DNA of 64,000 bases. Origin: an uncultured Holophagales bacterium. GTDB lineage: Bacteria; Acidobacteriota; Thermoanaerobaculia; Multivoradales; UBA5704. The notes beneath the pieces were generated by a model. It worked only from the letters and a program-made list of their open reading frames with translations. It was not told the DNA's origin and did no database searches. The stretch covers positions 160,001 through 224,000 of the forward strand of contig CAWJGT010000011.1 of NCBI GenBank assembly GCA_963842525.1, read 5' to 3'. Made by a program: the position numbers and the translations under genes. Shown one piece after another: positions 41,265-52,010 of this stretch; position 1 is the first letter of the stretch, and every line of letters begins with the position of its first letter.

Positions 41265-42820
41265 CTTCTATGTGGGCCACCGGTGTCAAGCGTCTCGGGG
41301 TGGTGGTTCGTCGTTTTCCCTTTCCTGGCCCCCCCTCCTGTCACCGGTTTTCTCGCTTCTTGGTTCTCAGTCCGTCTGGCGCTTGCCCGGAGTGTGCAGG
41401 GACCTGGGGAGTCGTCCTTTCCAGCTTCTATCCGTGCTGACCTCTTTGGGTCAGGACACCAAATGCAGCATGCGCTGTCGAGCGACTCAGGCAAGCTCTC
41501 GGAGCGGCCCCATCTGAGAGAACGGTTCGGAAGCCGAACCAAGCCCTGGGCCGGGCACGCTCCACCAGTCGTTTCTCTCCGAGCTTTTTCCTCCCAGATT
41601 ACTTCGTCTTCAGCTCAGCACCCTCAGGAATCACACCGTAGTCCAGATAGCGCCACAGCGCGATCAGCAGCTTGCGGGCGAGGGCCACGATCCCCACCCG
41701 CCGAGATCGGCGGCTCCCAGGACCATAACGCTCCTGAAACCACAAGCTCAGGCGACTCTGCGGTTGGAAGCGCAACCAGCCCCAAGCGATCTCGATCGCC
41801 ATCGCCCGGACCCGACGATTCCCCGCCTTGCTGATCCCTTGTTCGTGGTTGACCGTGTCACCGCTCTGATAAGGCATCGGCGTCAGACCCGCCAAACCGG
41901 CCACCTCACGGCGGTTGCGGAACTGCCGCCAGCCGAAGAACTCCACCACGAACAGCCAACCACTGTTGCCTCCGATCCCCTTGAGCTCTTGCAGCCGCTG
42001 CACCTTCTCCGTCGCTTCCACGCTGGCCGTCCGGCGAAACCGCTCGAGCTCGGCAATCTGACTCTCCAGCACAGCCAGACGCTCGCCCTCTCGCCTCAAA
42101 CGCTCCCGCAAGCTCGCCAGCAGCCTCTCGCCGTTCCACTGCCTCGCCTGATCCAGCTGCTGCAGAAAGCCCTTGCCGACTTTCACCCCCCGAGCCCCCA
42201 CGCTGGCCAGCAGGCCCTTGATCCGATTGGTGTGGGCCGTGCGCTCCTGCTTCAGAGACTCAAGCTCCCGAGCCAGGTGACGCTCGTCCTCCTGCTCGGG
42301 GGTCGGCGCGTGCGCTACCCCGAACACCTTCTTCTCCCCGCGCTCGTAACGGATCAACAACGACAGCAACTTCTCCACGTCCACCCCATCCGTCTTGGCC
42401 CGGCGATGCCGCCGATTCACCTCGATGCTCGAGGAGTCCATGACAACGTTTTCCACTCCCTCCGACAGCAGGAACCGGTGGAGCCAGAATCCATCCCGTC
42501 CGGCCTCGTAGCAACTCACCACCCGAGCCGACTCCGGCACGCCAAGGCGATGTTTGGCCCGCGCGATCTCCAGCATCAGCCCGGCAAGGTCACCCGGCTG
42601 CAACTGTCCGCTGACTTGCCCTCCGTCCAGCCTCTACACCAAACCCCAGCTTCCACTCGCTGGCGCCGAGCTCCAGGGCCATATGTAACACCGCCTCCGT
42701 TCGCGTAGACTCTGCAATGCGGGTTGTCTGGTTCATCGGGGTTCTCCTTTCTAACCGCTAAAGTTCCCCCGAAACATACAACCGGCGACCCGCTTTTGCA
42801 TCCCCCGCCCTGCATAGCAT
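41265..42820 (-). mobile_element. IS110/IS1111 element, copy 2 (inverted; appears identical to copy 1 apart from one extra base)
   Basis: CT cores at 41265-66 and 42821-22, same REP target position as copy 1. Confidence 0.92.
41599..42736 (-). CDS. IS110 transposase (apparent +1 frameshift near 42592)
   Basis: Same protein as 23648..24784. Confidence 0.9.
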
Positions 42821-43032
42821 CTGAGGCCGAAGGCCGATGCCCTGGGCAGAGAGGTGATCAAACCCCGCGGCCTGAAAGGCCCGCGAGAGAGATTTCTGCC
42901 GGAGTCGGCTCAGCGCTCGGTTTAGCCAGAGGTCTCGCGGCCTTTCAGGCCGCCTGAACGTGGGGCCTGTTGACCCAGGGCATCGGCCTTCGGCTAGCCC
43001 TGGGCTGGAGTCTCCCGGCCCGTTGGGCCGGC
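42821..43032. repeat. REP/BIME element of the IS110 target family
   Basis: GGCCTGAAAGGCC / GGCCTTTCAGGCC hairpins. An unoccupied variant target CCCAGGGCATCGGCCTTCGGCTAGCCCTGGGCT lies at 42975-43006. Confidence 0.8.
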
Positions 43033-43169
43033 CTGGAAGGCTTGGGTTGCGGGCAAGCGCGAGCTCGCGCTGAGAGGGAAACCGGAAAGTCCCTCGCCAG
43101 CGCACAAGGTGGACCGGTTGGTGCTTCGGTCCCCTGAAACCTTCCCCCACCCCGCTCCGTACTTCCCTC

Positions 43170-43209
43170 TTGACGACCGACTACCGGAGTAGTACTATCC
43201 CGGTAGTCG
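43170..43209 (+). promoter_or_regulatory. Promoter overlapped by a 32-bp palindromic BlaI-type operator
   Basis: TTGACG at 43170, then CGACTACCGGAGTAGTACTATCCCGGTAGTCG. Confidence 0.75.
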
Positions 43210-43229
43210 AACGGAAGGAGACGAAGCTT

Positions 43230-43631
43230 ATGGAACCCTCAGTCAACCTCGGCGACCTCCAGCTCGCGATCATGCGGGTGCTCTGGGCCCGGGGCGAGGC
43301 GACGGTGGCGGACGTGCATGAGGCGCTGGAGCCCGAACGGGGTCTGGCCCTCACCACGATCGCCACCATGCTCGTCAAGATGGAAAAGAAGGGGGTGGTC
43401 GACCACCGGGCGGACGGCCGGAAGTTCATCTACCGGCCCCTGGTGAGCGAGGACCAGGTGACGCGGTCGATGGTGGCCGGCCTGACCTCGCAGCTCTTCC
43501 GGGGCGACGCCATGGCCCTGGTCAACCACCTGCTGTCCGAGCACGAAATCGATCGGCGGGAGCTGAACCAGCTCCGCGAGCTGATCTCGGCCCATGGTGC
43601 CGAGAAGACTGCCAAGAAGGAGGAGCGCTGA
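43230..43631 (+). CDS. BlaI/MecI/CopY repressor
   Basis: LGDLQLAIMRVLW..GEATVADV...TTIATML...KKG. Confidence 0.92.
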   Translation: MEPSVNLGDLQLAIMRVLWARGEATVADVHEALEPERGLALTTIATMLVKMEKKGVVDHRADGRKFIYRPLVSEDQVTRSMVAGLTSQLFRGDAMALVNHLLSEHEIDRRELNQLRELISAHGAEKTAKKEER

Positions 43632-43632
43632 A

Positions 43633-45936
43633 ATGTCCGGCATGACATCCCTGTCCCAATTGTCGGCGGCCTGGCTGCTGACCTACGCCCTGCACAGCAC
43701 GCTGTTCCTGGGGCTCGCCTGGCTCGTCTCGCGGCGGCTGGCGAAGCGGCAGCCCAGGGTCGAGGAGGCGGTCTGGCGATTCGCCCTGGTGGCCGCGCTG
43801 GCGACGGCCTCGCTGCAGCTCGCCGCGGGCTTCAAGCCCCTGGCCGGGAGCTGGAGCCTCACGACGCCGGCGGTATCGGAGATGTCCGCCGCCTCCGCTC
43901 CTCTTGAATTCAAGTCCACGGTTTCTCAGGCCTCCTCACCGCGGGTGGCGGCGCCGGTCAGGGCTCTCCGCGCTCCCTCCCCTCTGCGCATTCCTGCCGG
44001 TGCCGCCCCCGCGGGGCCTGTGACGTCGACCCGTCCCTTGTCGATCCCCTTGCTCTTCGTCGGCCTGTGGTTCCTGGGCGCGCTGTTGCTCTCGGCCCGC
44101 TGGCTGGCAGGACATTTCCTCCTGCGCCGGCGGCTGCGGCCGCGGCCCGAGGTGGTGGGCGGGAACATGTTCTCGCAGTTCGCCTCGCTGGTCGGGGAAG
44201 CCGGCCTCGACGCGCCGGTGCGCCTGACCTGCTCGTCGCGGCTGTCGGTCCCCATTGCGCTGGGGCTCACCCGCCGCGAGGTCTGCGTGCCGCCGAAGGC
44301 CCTGGCCTCGCTGGCGCCGGAGGAGCAGGAAGGGATGCTCGCGCACGAGCTGGCGCACCTGGTGCGGCGCGATCCGTTCTGGCTCGCGTTCAGCCGGATC
44401 CTGGCGAGCGTCTTCTTCTTCCAGCCGCTCAACTGGGTGGCCTACCGCCGGATGCGTGAGATCTCCGAGCTGCTCTGCGACGAGTGGGCGATCGGCCGGA
44501 CCGGCCGTCCGCTGTCGCTCGCCCGCTGCCTGGCCGAAGTCGCCGGCTGGTCGTTCCATCCGGTCGAGGCCCTGGCGGCCCCGGGCATGGCGGACCGGCC
44601 GTCGCACCTGGCGCACCGCATCCGCCGCCTGCTCGACGACGGCCGCACGCCCGAGCGCCGGGTCCATCCCGGCTGGCTGGTCGCCGGCATGATCGTCCTG
44701 CTGGTCGCCGTGGCCGCCGCCGCGCCGGGGGTCTACGCCGCCGGCGCAGCCCTGGAGAAGGTGGCCCAGGACCCCAAGGCAGAGCTGGCAGTCGATGAGG
44801 ACGAAGAGGGTCCGATCGACGAGGAGGAGTCGCTGGCCGAGCAGATGGAGGATCTGGCCGAGGATGCCGCCGATATGGCCGAAGATGCGGCCGAGCTGGC
44901 CGAGCTCGATGCCCTGGAGGATCTGGAGGACCTGGGCGGCGAGCTTGACGATCTCGAAGACCTCGACGAGCTCGAAGGCCTCGATGAGCTGGCTGCCCTG
45001 TCCGATCAGAGGGCGCAGGAGATCGGCGAGCGCTCGGGCCGGGAGGCGGAGGAGATCGCCCGGCGCTATGAGCAGATGGCGCGGGAGATGTCAGAGCGGG
45101 TCGAAACCCAGATCGGCCCCCAGATGCGCGAGCTGCAACAGAAGATGGCCGAGCAGATGAAGCTCCTCGAGCAGAGCCCGGAGATGAAGCGGCTCCACGA
45201 GCGGGCGCGGGAGATCGCCGAGCGGGCCCGTCCGTCCGAGGAGGAGATGGCGCGGCTCCATGCCCAGATCGAGAAGCTGCGCAAGGAGGGCGGTCTGTCC
45301 TCCGAGGAGAAGGGGCGACTCCGCGAAGACGCCCGGCGGATGGCCGAGAGGCATCGCATGAGCGACGAGGAGCGCGCCGAGCTGCACAAGCTCGCCCAGG
45401 AGGCGCGCGAGATGTCGCGGAAATTCAACGAAGAGCACCGGGCCGAGATCGAGAAGATGCGCCACGAGGTGCAGCAGCAGAGCCAGGCCATGCGCGAGCA
45501 GATCCGCCGCCAGCTCGAAGCCGATCCGCAGTACCGTGAGCTGCGGGAGAAGGCCCGCCGCGACCACGAGCAGCACCGCCAGAAGATGCGCCAGGAGATC
45601 GAGAAGCATCGCGAGCAGCGCCAGCAGGACCACGAAAAGCGGCGGGAGGAGATCCGGAAGCACCGCGAGGAGCGGAAGCACGAGCACGAGCGGGAGCACC
45701 GGAAGGAACGGTCTTCCCAGGGCGCTCTGGAGTCACCCGACGTCGACGCCATGCTTGCCGGCCTCGACCACTTCGATTTCGCTCAGGACTTCGACTTCGA
45801 TTTTGACTTCGACTTCGATCCGGGCTTCGATCCGCAGATCGACTTCGATTTCGACCACGACTTTGACTTCGAAGGGTTCGACTTCGACTTCGAATACAAG
45901 GAGCCGGCCGCGGCCGAGCCCGACGGGCGCCGCTGA
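43633..45936 (+). CDS. M56 (BlaR1-type) metallopeptidase with long coiled-coil extracellular region
   Basis: HELAH..R.D, FFQPL, ELLCD, then acidic linker, charged coiled coil and a (DF)n tail. Confidence 0.9.
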   Translation: MSGMTSLSQLSAAWLLTYALHSTLFLGLAWLVSRRLAKRQPRVEEAVWRFALVAALATASLQLAAGFKPLAGSWSLTTPAVSEMSAASAPLEFKSTVSQASSPRVAAPVRALRAPSPLRIPAGAAPAGPVTSTRPLSIPLLFVGLWFLGALLLSARWLAGHFLLRRRLRPRPEVVGGNMFSQFASLVGEAGLDAPVRLTCSSRLSVPIALGLTRREVCVPPKALASLAPEEQEGMLAHELAHLVRRDPFWLAFSRILASVFFFQPLNWVAYRRMREISELLCDEWAIGRTGRPLSLARCLAEVAGWSFHPVEALAAPGMADRPSHLAHRIRRLLDDGRTPERRVHPGWLVAGMIVLLVAVAAAAPGVYAAGAALEKVAQDPKAELAVDEDEEGPIDEEESLAEQMEDLAEDAADMAEDAAELAELDALEDLEDLGGELDDLEDLDELEGLDELAALSDQRAQEIGERSGREAEEIARRYEQMAREMSERVETQIGPQMRELQQKMAEQMKLLEQSPEMKRLHERAREIAERARPSEEEMARLHAQIEKLRKEGGLSSEEKGRLREDARRMAERHRMSDEERAELHKLAQEAREMSRKFNEEHRAEIEKMRHEVQQQSQAMREQIRRQLEADPQYRELREKARRDHEQHRQKMRQEIEKHREQRQQDHEKRREEIRKHREERKHEHEREHRKERSSQGALESPDVDAMLAGLDHFDFAQDFDFDFDFDFDPGFDPQIDFDFDHDFDFEGFDFDFEYKEPAAAEPDGRR

Positions 45937-45963
45937 GGAGGGAAGGAGGGCGTGCGCGGGAGC

Positions 45964-46603
45964 TTACGCTCCGCGCACGCTCTTCAGCAGGTTGACGAAG
46001 GCGTCACGCTCGGCCGCGAGGGTGGAGTCCGGGCCGGTCGCCTTGAAGAACCAGGGGCCGCCCGATCCCTCGACGATGCCGCCCAGCAACCGCGAGTTCG
46101 GCTGTTCCGTGGTCGGTCCCGATCCCATCATGCTCGGCTTGAGCGTCCCCGCCACGTCGATCCAGGTGATCTTGTAGCCGGTATCCGTCTCGAACGTCTG
46201 GGGCTGGGGGATGGCGCCCGGCGCCATCTCCATCTGGCCGATCCACCGTCCGATGTTGGCCTCGGCCGATCCGCCTTGGCCGGGTCCGAAGTAGAAGACC
46301 ACAAGCTCGCCGGGGCCGCCGGGTCCCGGGATCATGGCCTGGGCCATGCGCATGCTGGACGTCGGCGGCTGGGACGTCCAACCGGCTGGAAGGTCATAGG
46401 TGATGTTCCCCGCCTGTGCGCCGCTAGCGAGCTTCCATGGGAGCGCTCGCCTCCCGCGAGGAGATAGGGCCGATCGGAGACGCAGGGTCCGTAGAGGGGG
46501 CCTGCGCCTGCGAAGCGGTGTCAGGGACGATCTCTTCTCCGCCGCCACAGGCGGCCAGGGCCAGCAGGATCGCGAGGGAGGGCAGGTAGGGGTTGCTGTT
46601 CAT
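45964..46603 (-). CDS. Lipoprotein (frameshift near 46440-46480)
   Basis: Lipobox LAAC. YDLPAGW...MR.AQ...GGS.EANI.RW.GQ...WFFKATGP domain. Confidence 0.7.
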
Positions 46604-46648
46604 GGCGCGGAAGCCTATCACCGCCCGTTTCCAGGTAGAATCCATCCC

Positions 46649-46748
46649 GGAAGCGCTCGGGGGCTGGTGCCTTCTGCGGTCTTCAAAACCGTTGTCCCGT
46701 GCCGGTTGCGGCATGGGGGGTGGGTTCGATTCCCATGCGCTTCCGCCA
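46649..46748 (+). tRNA. selC: tRNA-Sec (UCA)
   Basis: 8-bp acceptor stem GGAAGCGC/GCGCTTCC, anticodon loop CTTCAAA, long variable arm, GTTCGATTC, GCCA end. Confidence 0.95.
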
Positions 46749-46919
46749 TTCTGACTTCCTTGCCCCTGGAACCTACGCCCCTGCATGACACGGCAGTGAC
46801 ACGCAGGGAAGACCGCAGAAGGCACCCAGAGCGCTTCCGGGGATGCCATCTTGCTATAATTGAGCTGTGTTGAAGGCGAGTAGGGCACTTCCTACGCTCA
46901 CCATCGAGGAGGTATCCAA

Positions 46920-47108
46920 ATGGCGAAAAACACCGGTGCCGGGCATCGGAAAGGTGCGGTTACGGCACGGACCCAATTCCAGCGGGCTGACGGCAATTGG
47001 CAGAAGCGCGACGAGCGCACGGGTCAGCTGATGCCGGTGAAAGACGACGGAACGCCGTTCAAGGGCGTGGCCAAGGAACCGGACGGACGCGACACAGACA
47101 AGGCCTGA
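46920..47108 (+). CDS. Small basic hypothetical protein (62 aa)
   Basis: Strong RBS GAGGAGG, TATAAT upstream at 46855, sequence MAKNTG.G.RKGAV...W.KRD..TG.......PFKGV. Confidence 0.75.
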   Translation: MAKNTGAGHRKGAVTARTQFQRADGNWQKRDERTGQLMPVKDDGTPFKGVAKEPDGRDTDKA

Positions 47109-47110
47109 GC

Positions 47111-47287
47111 CGCAGCCGGGCAGATGGGCGCCCGGTCTGGACGGCGGTTTCGTGCTGCTTGGCCCAGCGGATGGCATCCGCCCTTCCGGTCGAAGGTCTG
47201 GGATTGCTTTGGGTGTCCTTTGAGGCGTATATAAGCCGTGTAGCGGACTCTGCCGTCCTTGGTGAGACGCTTGTAGATGGTGGCCAC
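47111..47287 (-). pseudogene. Tyrosine integrase N-terminal (arm-binding) remnant
   Basis: VATIYKRLTKDGRVRYTAYIRLKGHPKQSQTFDRK/ADAIRWA, then truncated. Confidence 0.7.
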
Positions 47288-47832
47288 GTGCCCTGCTCCG
47301 GGGGTCTTCGGGAGGCTGTAGGCGGGGAGTGACACGGGATTGCCACAAGAGCATGGAACCTTCCCGGGTCAAACCTCTAAGCCAGCCAAGCAGATATAGG
47401 ACGGAAGGCATGGGAACCATCCGGTCTTCAAAACCATTGCCCGGTGCCGGTTGCGGCGTCGGGGGGTGGGTTCGATTCCATGCGCTTCCGCCATTCGGTG
47501 CAAGCCCACTTCAGCGTCAGGCCACCGTTATCCCTCGAATCTGCACTCCGCGTGACACGGCAGTGACACAGGGAAGACCGCAGGAGGCATCAGCCCGGGG
47601 AAACTTCTGCTTCTCTCGTCTTCAGGCGTACGGCGGGAGGTTTGGGGATGGGCGTAGAATGCGACGCGAGCTCGGTCATGAGTCGTCCGGGTAGGCCTCG
47701 GCGGGGCCGCAATCCTTCGTCGGGGCTGCGTTAGGGAACGCCATGATGCCATACTTTCATCTGTAAAGCCGAGTACTTGCTTGACACTCTTTCGCTCTGA
47801 CCGAGCGAGACCTCCTGACGGCCCGGGACTTT

Positions 47833-49203
47833 TCATTGCGCTGCAGCCGCTTGCGGCTGCCGTTGGCTCTTGATCCAACCGTCCACGCGTTCCTCCAGCA
47901 GGTCGAGCGGCAGCGGTCCGCCGTTCAGAATTTCGTCGTGGAACGCCTTGATGTCGAAGCGCGGTCCGAGCTGCATTCTGGCGCGCTCCCGCAGCTCGCG
48001 GATCTTCAGTTGCCCCATCTTGTAGGCCAGCGCCTGCGCCGGCCGCGCGATGTAGCGGTCGGTCTCCGTCTGCGCGACGACTTCGTTGACGTCGTTCTCG
48101 TGCATGTAGGCGATGACCTGGTCGCGCGTCCAACCCTTGTTGTGGATGCCGGTATCGACCACCAGGCGCACGGCACGGAACAGCTCCGAGCTCAGTCGGC
48201 CATAGTCGGACACCGGGTCCTTGTAGAGGCCGACCTCCTTGCCTAGCTCTTCCGAATACAGCGCCCATCCCTCGGTATAGGCGGACAGGCCGCCGCCGCT
48301 GAGCACCCGGAATTTCGGCAGGCCCTGGAGTTGCTGCGCGATGCTGATCTGCATGTGGTGCCCGGGCACGCCCTCGTGATAGGCGACGGCCTCATCGTTC
48401 ACCAGTGAGCGATGGGTCGGGTCGGCGACGGCGACCACCACACGCCCGGCCCGTTTGCCGTCCGGAGTGCCGCGGACGTAGTGCGTCGCCGCGGCCTTGT
48501 CGAAGTCGGGAATGGCCTCGACCGTCACCGGCGACTTCGGCAGCAGCCCGAAGAGCTCCGGCAGCCGCGGTTGCATCTCGTCGATATACTTCTTGAAGTC
48601 GGCGACGATCTGGTCCTCGTTCTTCGGCTGCCACTTTGGATCGCTGTGGATCGCAGCGCGGAAGGCGGCGAGGTCCTTGTAGCCCTGCGCCAGCGCCAGC
48701 TTCGTCATCTCCGCCGTGATCCGTGCCACCTCTTTGAGGCCCAACTGATGGACGGCCTCCGGCGTGATGTCGACGGTGGTCATCACCCTCACGGCTTCGG
48801 CGTAGCGCCGCTTGCCGTCCGGCAGGCTCTCGACCGAGATCGCGGTCCGCCCTTCCGGAGCGTACTCGTCGCGCAGGAAAACCGCGAGCTTCTTGTATGC
48901 CGGAAGGACTTCCTCATTGGCCGCCTTGGTCATCGCGGCCGTCAGCCGCTGCTTCTCCTCCTCGGAGAAGCTCGCCGGAAACTTCTTCAGCGGCAGCAGG
49001 AACGGGTTTGCCGAGACGATCCCCTCGCACTGCCCCGGTAACTGGTCCACGACGAGCTTCGGCGGCATCAGGCCGTCCCTCATGCCGGCGCGCAACACCT
49101 CGATGGTCTGCTGGAATACCTGCGGAATCTGGTGGAGGCGCGCGATGTAATCCTCGTAGTGCTGCACCGAATCCAAGGGCACGCTCAACGGCAGATCGGC
49201 CTT
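47833..49203 (-). pseudogene. DUF885-family protein, 5'-truncated
   Basis: HEGVPGHH.Q, YTEGWALY, RLVVDTGIH, QALAYKMG. The signal peptide and N-terminus are missing. Confidence 0.8.
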
Positions 49204-49339
49204 TCGCATGAGCCCAAGGCTACTACACCGGGCATGCGTAGTGACACGGGAGCTGCCGATTCTGGGGCGAGCTGCGCCGAATCCTCGGCACGCTATATCC
49301 TCCTTTCGACCAGCCCTAGCGCGTCTTGTCGACGTCGAG

Positions 49340-50677
49340 CTAGGGCTTGGTCTTCTTCTTGGCCTCCTTCTCGGCCGCCTCCTTCGCGGCCTTCTCCTTC
49401 GCGTCCGCCTCCTTCTTGGCAGCGAAATACTTCTCTGCCAGATCGTTCGGCATGATGTTGAAGTGGATATGCAGGAGGTAGGGAGCAGGCCCGTGATGGA
49501 TGCTCCCCTTCCCACCCGGCCCGTCACCTGTGCCGGAGAACTTGATTCGCAGCTTGCCGAGCTTTTCGTTCACCTCCTTGGCGACCGCGAAGTCGTTGTA
49601 GAATGCCATCCAGGCGACGTTGGTGGCGCTCGCGGCCTGGTCCGCCGCCAGAAAGAATTTGACCACCTGTTCGTGCTCGTAGAACCCCTCGGCGTTGGCC
49701 TTGATCCACGGGTACACGTCGATCGAGTACTTGCCGACCTTTTCCGGCCCGGCCCGCGGGCTGAAGTTCTCGTGGTCTTTGTAGTTTGCCGCCTTTACCT
49801 TTGTTCCCGTCTGTTTCTGCACTTCCTTCATGAACACGACCACGGACGGTGCGACCGGTCTCGCGTCAGCGCCCTGCGCCAGCGTGTCCGCGTGATCCGT
49901 CAGCGTGACGGTGCCTTCGAGGTCTTCGGGAAGCCCGTAGACAGCGACCGGGCTTGCCTTCTGCCGGACCGTGGCGAACTGGGCTTCGTTGTTCGCCAGG
50001 ATGACGAACCGGTCGGCGGCGCGGTCGACTTCCTCCTGCCACTGCTGCTGGTGCGTGCGACGCAGGGCCTCGACCTGCTCGATGAGATTGGCGGGAGCGG
50101 ATTTCACGAGCGCCGCTTCCTGGACATGAAGCTCCTTGAGCCGCTTGTCCTGCCTGTCGCCTTCTCGGATGTACAGGACGTAGTTCACCGAGTCACGGAA
50201 CTTCGGTTCCCAATGCTCCATCCGCGACTCCACGGTGTGGTTGATCTTGCCTTTGGGCCCCATGTCAACCCTCTCCCGGGCCTCCATCTCTGCGAGGGCC
50301 CTCATCCGCTCCTGGATGCGCGGCAGAAACCAGAGATGGCTCGGATTAACCCAGGGAATCATAAGCTCCTGCTGGCTCCAACTGCCCGGGCGAGTGGGCG
50401 GGTTTGCGGCGGCCTCGCGCAACGCTCTCCGGACGGCATCGCGACTGCTCACCGGATCGTCCGGAGTGCGGCCGGTCTGGAGCGCCGCAGACCGTTCCGC
50501 CTGCATCTCGCCGCCTTGGGCGTCCAGATGCGCCACACTTGGCTCCGGCCTGTCGGCGAAGGGAGACGGTTGCAGGGCGGAGCTCACCTCCGGACTTTGC
50601 CGAGTCCGAGCAGGGATTTCGGCCCTGGCGGGCGCGGCATTGTGAGGCCCCTTCGTTTTCTCGGCAAAAACGGTCAT
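49340..50677 (-). CDS. Hypothetical protein, 445 aa
   Basis: RBS GGAGAG, low-complexity N-terminus MTVFAEKTK, C-terminal HH...HIH. Confidence 0.7.
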   Translation of the reverse strand: MTVFAEKTKGPHNAAPARAEIPARTRQSPEVSSALQPSPFADRPEPSVAHLDAQGGEMQAERSAALQTGRTPDDPVSSRDAVRRALREAAANPPTRPGSWSQQELMIPWVNPSHLWFLPRIQERMRALAEMEARERVDMGPKGKINHTVESRMEHWEPKFRDSVNYVLYIREGDRQDKRLKELHVQEAALVKSAPANLIEQVEALRRTHQQQWQEEVDRAADRFVILANNEAQFATVRQKASPVAVYGLPEDLEGTVTLTDHADTLAQGADARPVAPSVVVFMKEVQKQTGTKVKAANYKDHENFSPRAGPEKVGKYSIDVYPWIKANAEGFYEHEQVVKFFLAADQAASATNVAWMAFYNDFAVAKEVNEKLGKLRIKFSGTGDGPGGKGSIHHGPAPYLLHIHFNIMPNDLAEKYFAAKKEADAKEKAAKEAAEKEAKKKTKP

Positions 50678-50768
50678 AGCCCTCTCCTTCAGGGCTTCAA
50701 CGAAGGGGCAGAGGCATTCCTCTCACGCCCCGCCCTTGAGGTCGGTGGGCCAGTCCCCTTCGTCGCAC

Positions 50769-50894
50769 AACATCGCACTCTCCCTTGGCAATGGCGCAAT
50801 GACCGCACTTATTGCGACATTGACTCTGGTGAACGGCGCATTGACTGCAGGAAATGGCGCATTGACCGGAGGAAATGCAATATTTCCCGGACCT
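50769..50894. repeat. Six degenerate 21-bp tandem units
   Basis: For example AATGGCGCAATGACCGCACTT, AACGGCGCATTGACTGCAGGA and AATGGCGCATTGACCGGAGGA. Confidence 0.7.
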
Positions 50895-51424
50895 AAAGAA
50901 GCGATGCCTGTCCATGCGCCGGACGAGAGGCGGGCAATGTCGAAGAGAGAGCCTGCGGCGTCTCGGTGTTTCGCGCTCGTGCGACGTTTTCTCGGCTTAT
51001 TGTAGCAGTCGGTCGATTATTTGCAGTATTGCCTGCGTGAAGCACGACGTTCCTCTTCTGGCTTGCTACGTTTGGCGGCTTCCCTGGGCTTGGAGAAGGG
51101 CGAGCAGATTCGCGAAGCACCGGAAATGTCGCAATGCATCGAGATCACGGAGGAAAATGGACAGGCCTCCTCTCTTGCGGTACAATCCCAGAGGAGGATA
51201 GTCGAAGTGAGACAATTTTGGCGTTCTTCTCGACATTCTTGAGGGTCTATGCTCCATGGAGTGCTCCGGTTTTCGCATCGAGTCGAGGCGCGACATTGGA
51301 GGGAGCCGGAATGGGTTTCGGGCCAGTCCTGGCTGGGCCGCCCCCTCTGGCGTTACTGGACCAGCCGCATGGGCTAGAATCCTCTCTCACGCAGTGGCTT
51401 TTCCAGCTCGAAGAGGAGAGAACG

Positions 51425-51988
51425 ATGTACCGATCTTCCGCCGTCCTCGCGCTCTGCCTGTTGTCCGCACCACTTGCCGCGCAGGAGATCGGAACAGCGG
51501 GCGGCCAGGGCATCATCTCCCGCCAGACCGGCTGGAACGACAAGACCAAGGAACCCGTGGTCGAGGAGGTCAGCTTCTCGCCCCGGTTTTCCTACACCTA
51601 CACCGAGGGAACGGGGGCTGACCGTTTCCAATGGATCGTTCTCACCGACAGGGAGCCGCCCCTCAAGAGCTGGGCGGGGATGAAGGATCAAGCCGAGGCG
51701 CGCCGTCTCTGGTGCGAGAAGGAAAAGACTTCGTTCGTCGCGGTGAAGCTGGATGCAAAGGGCGCGGTCGACCTCTATTTCCTCTGCCCGGCCAACGGTC
51801 AGGTCAACACCGAGATGCTGAGCACCTGGAACGGGCTCGACAGTGTGGTCGTCACGCTCGAAGGCAAAGATCCGAAGCGGATCAAGGGCACTCTGCGTGG
51901 CGGTGAGGGAGCCTGCTCCGATGACAATGGCGGACAGGTTTATTGCACGCCGCAGGAGGACTACACCTTCGACGCTCCCCGCCGCTAA
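51425..51988 (+). CDS. Secreted hypothetical protein
   Basis: RBS GAGGAG, signal peptide (APLAA-Q), four Cys in the mature part. Confidence 0.7.
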   Translation: MYRSSAVLALCLLSAPLAAQEIGTAGGQGIISRQTGWNDKTKEPVVEEVSFSPRFSYTYTEGTGADRFQWIVLTDREPPLKSWAGMKDQAEARRLWCEKEKTSFVAVKLDAKGAVDLYFLCPANGQVNTEMLSTWNGLDSVVVTLEGKDPKRIKGTLRGGEGACSDDNGGQVYCTPQEDYTFDAPRR

Positions 51989-52010
51989 AGCTGGCTGCAG
52001 GTCTTTTGTA

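Larger units (their letters stand above)
46749..47496. mobile_element. Decayed mini-island integrated in selC
   Basis: Bounded by a diverged repeat of the tRNA 3' two-thirds (47422-47496). Carries an integrase remnant and TGACAC repeats. Confidence 0.75.

Noticed and set aside
47422-47496. Second tRNA-Sec gene
   Set aside because: Lacks the 5' acceptor and D arms and has indels. It is an att repeat.
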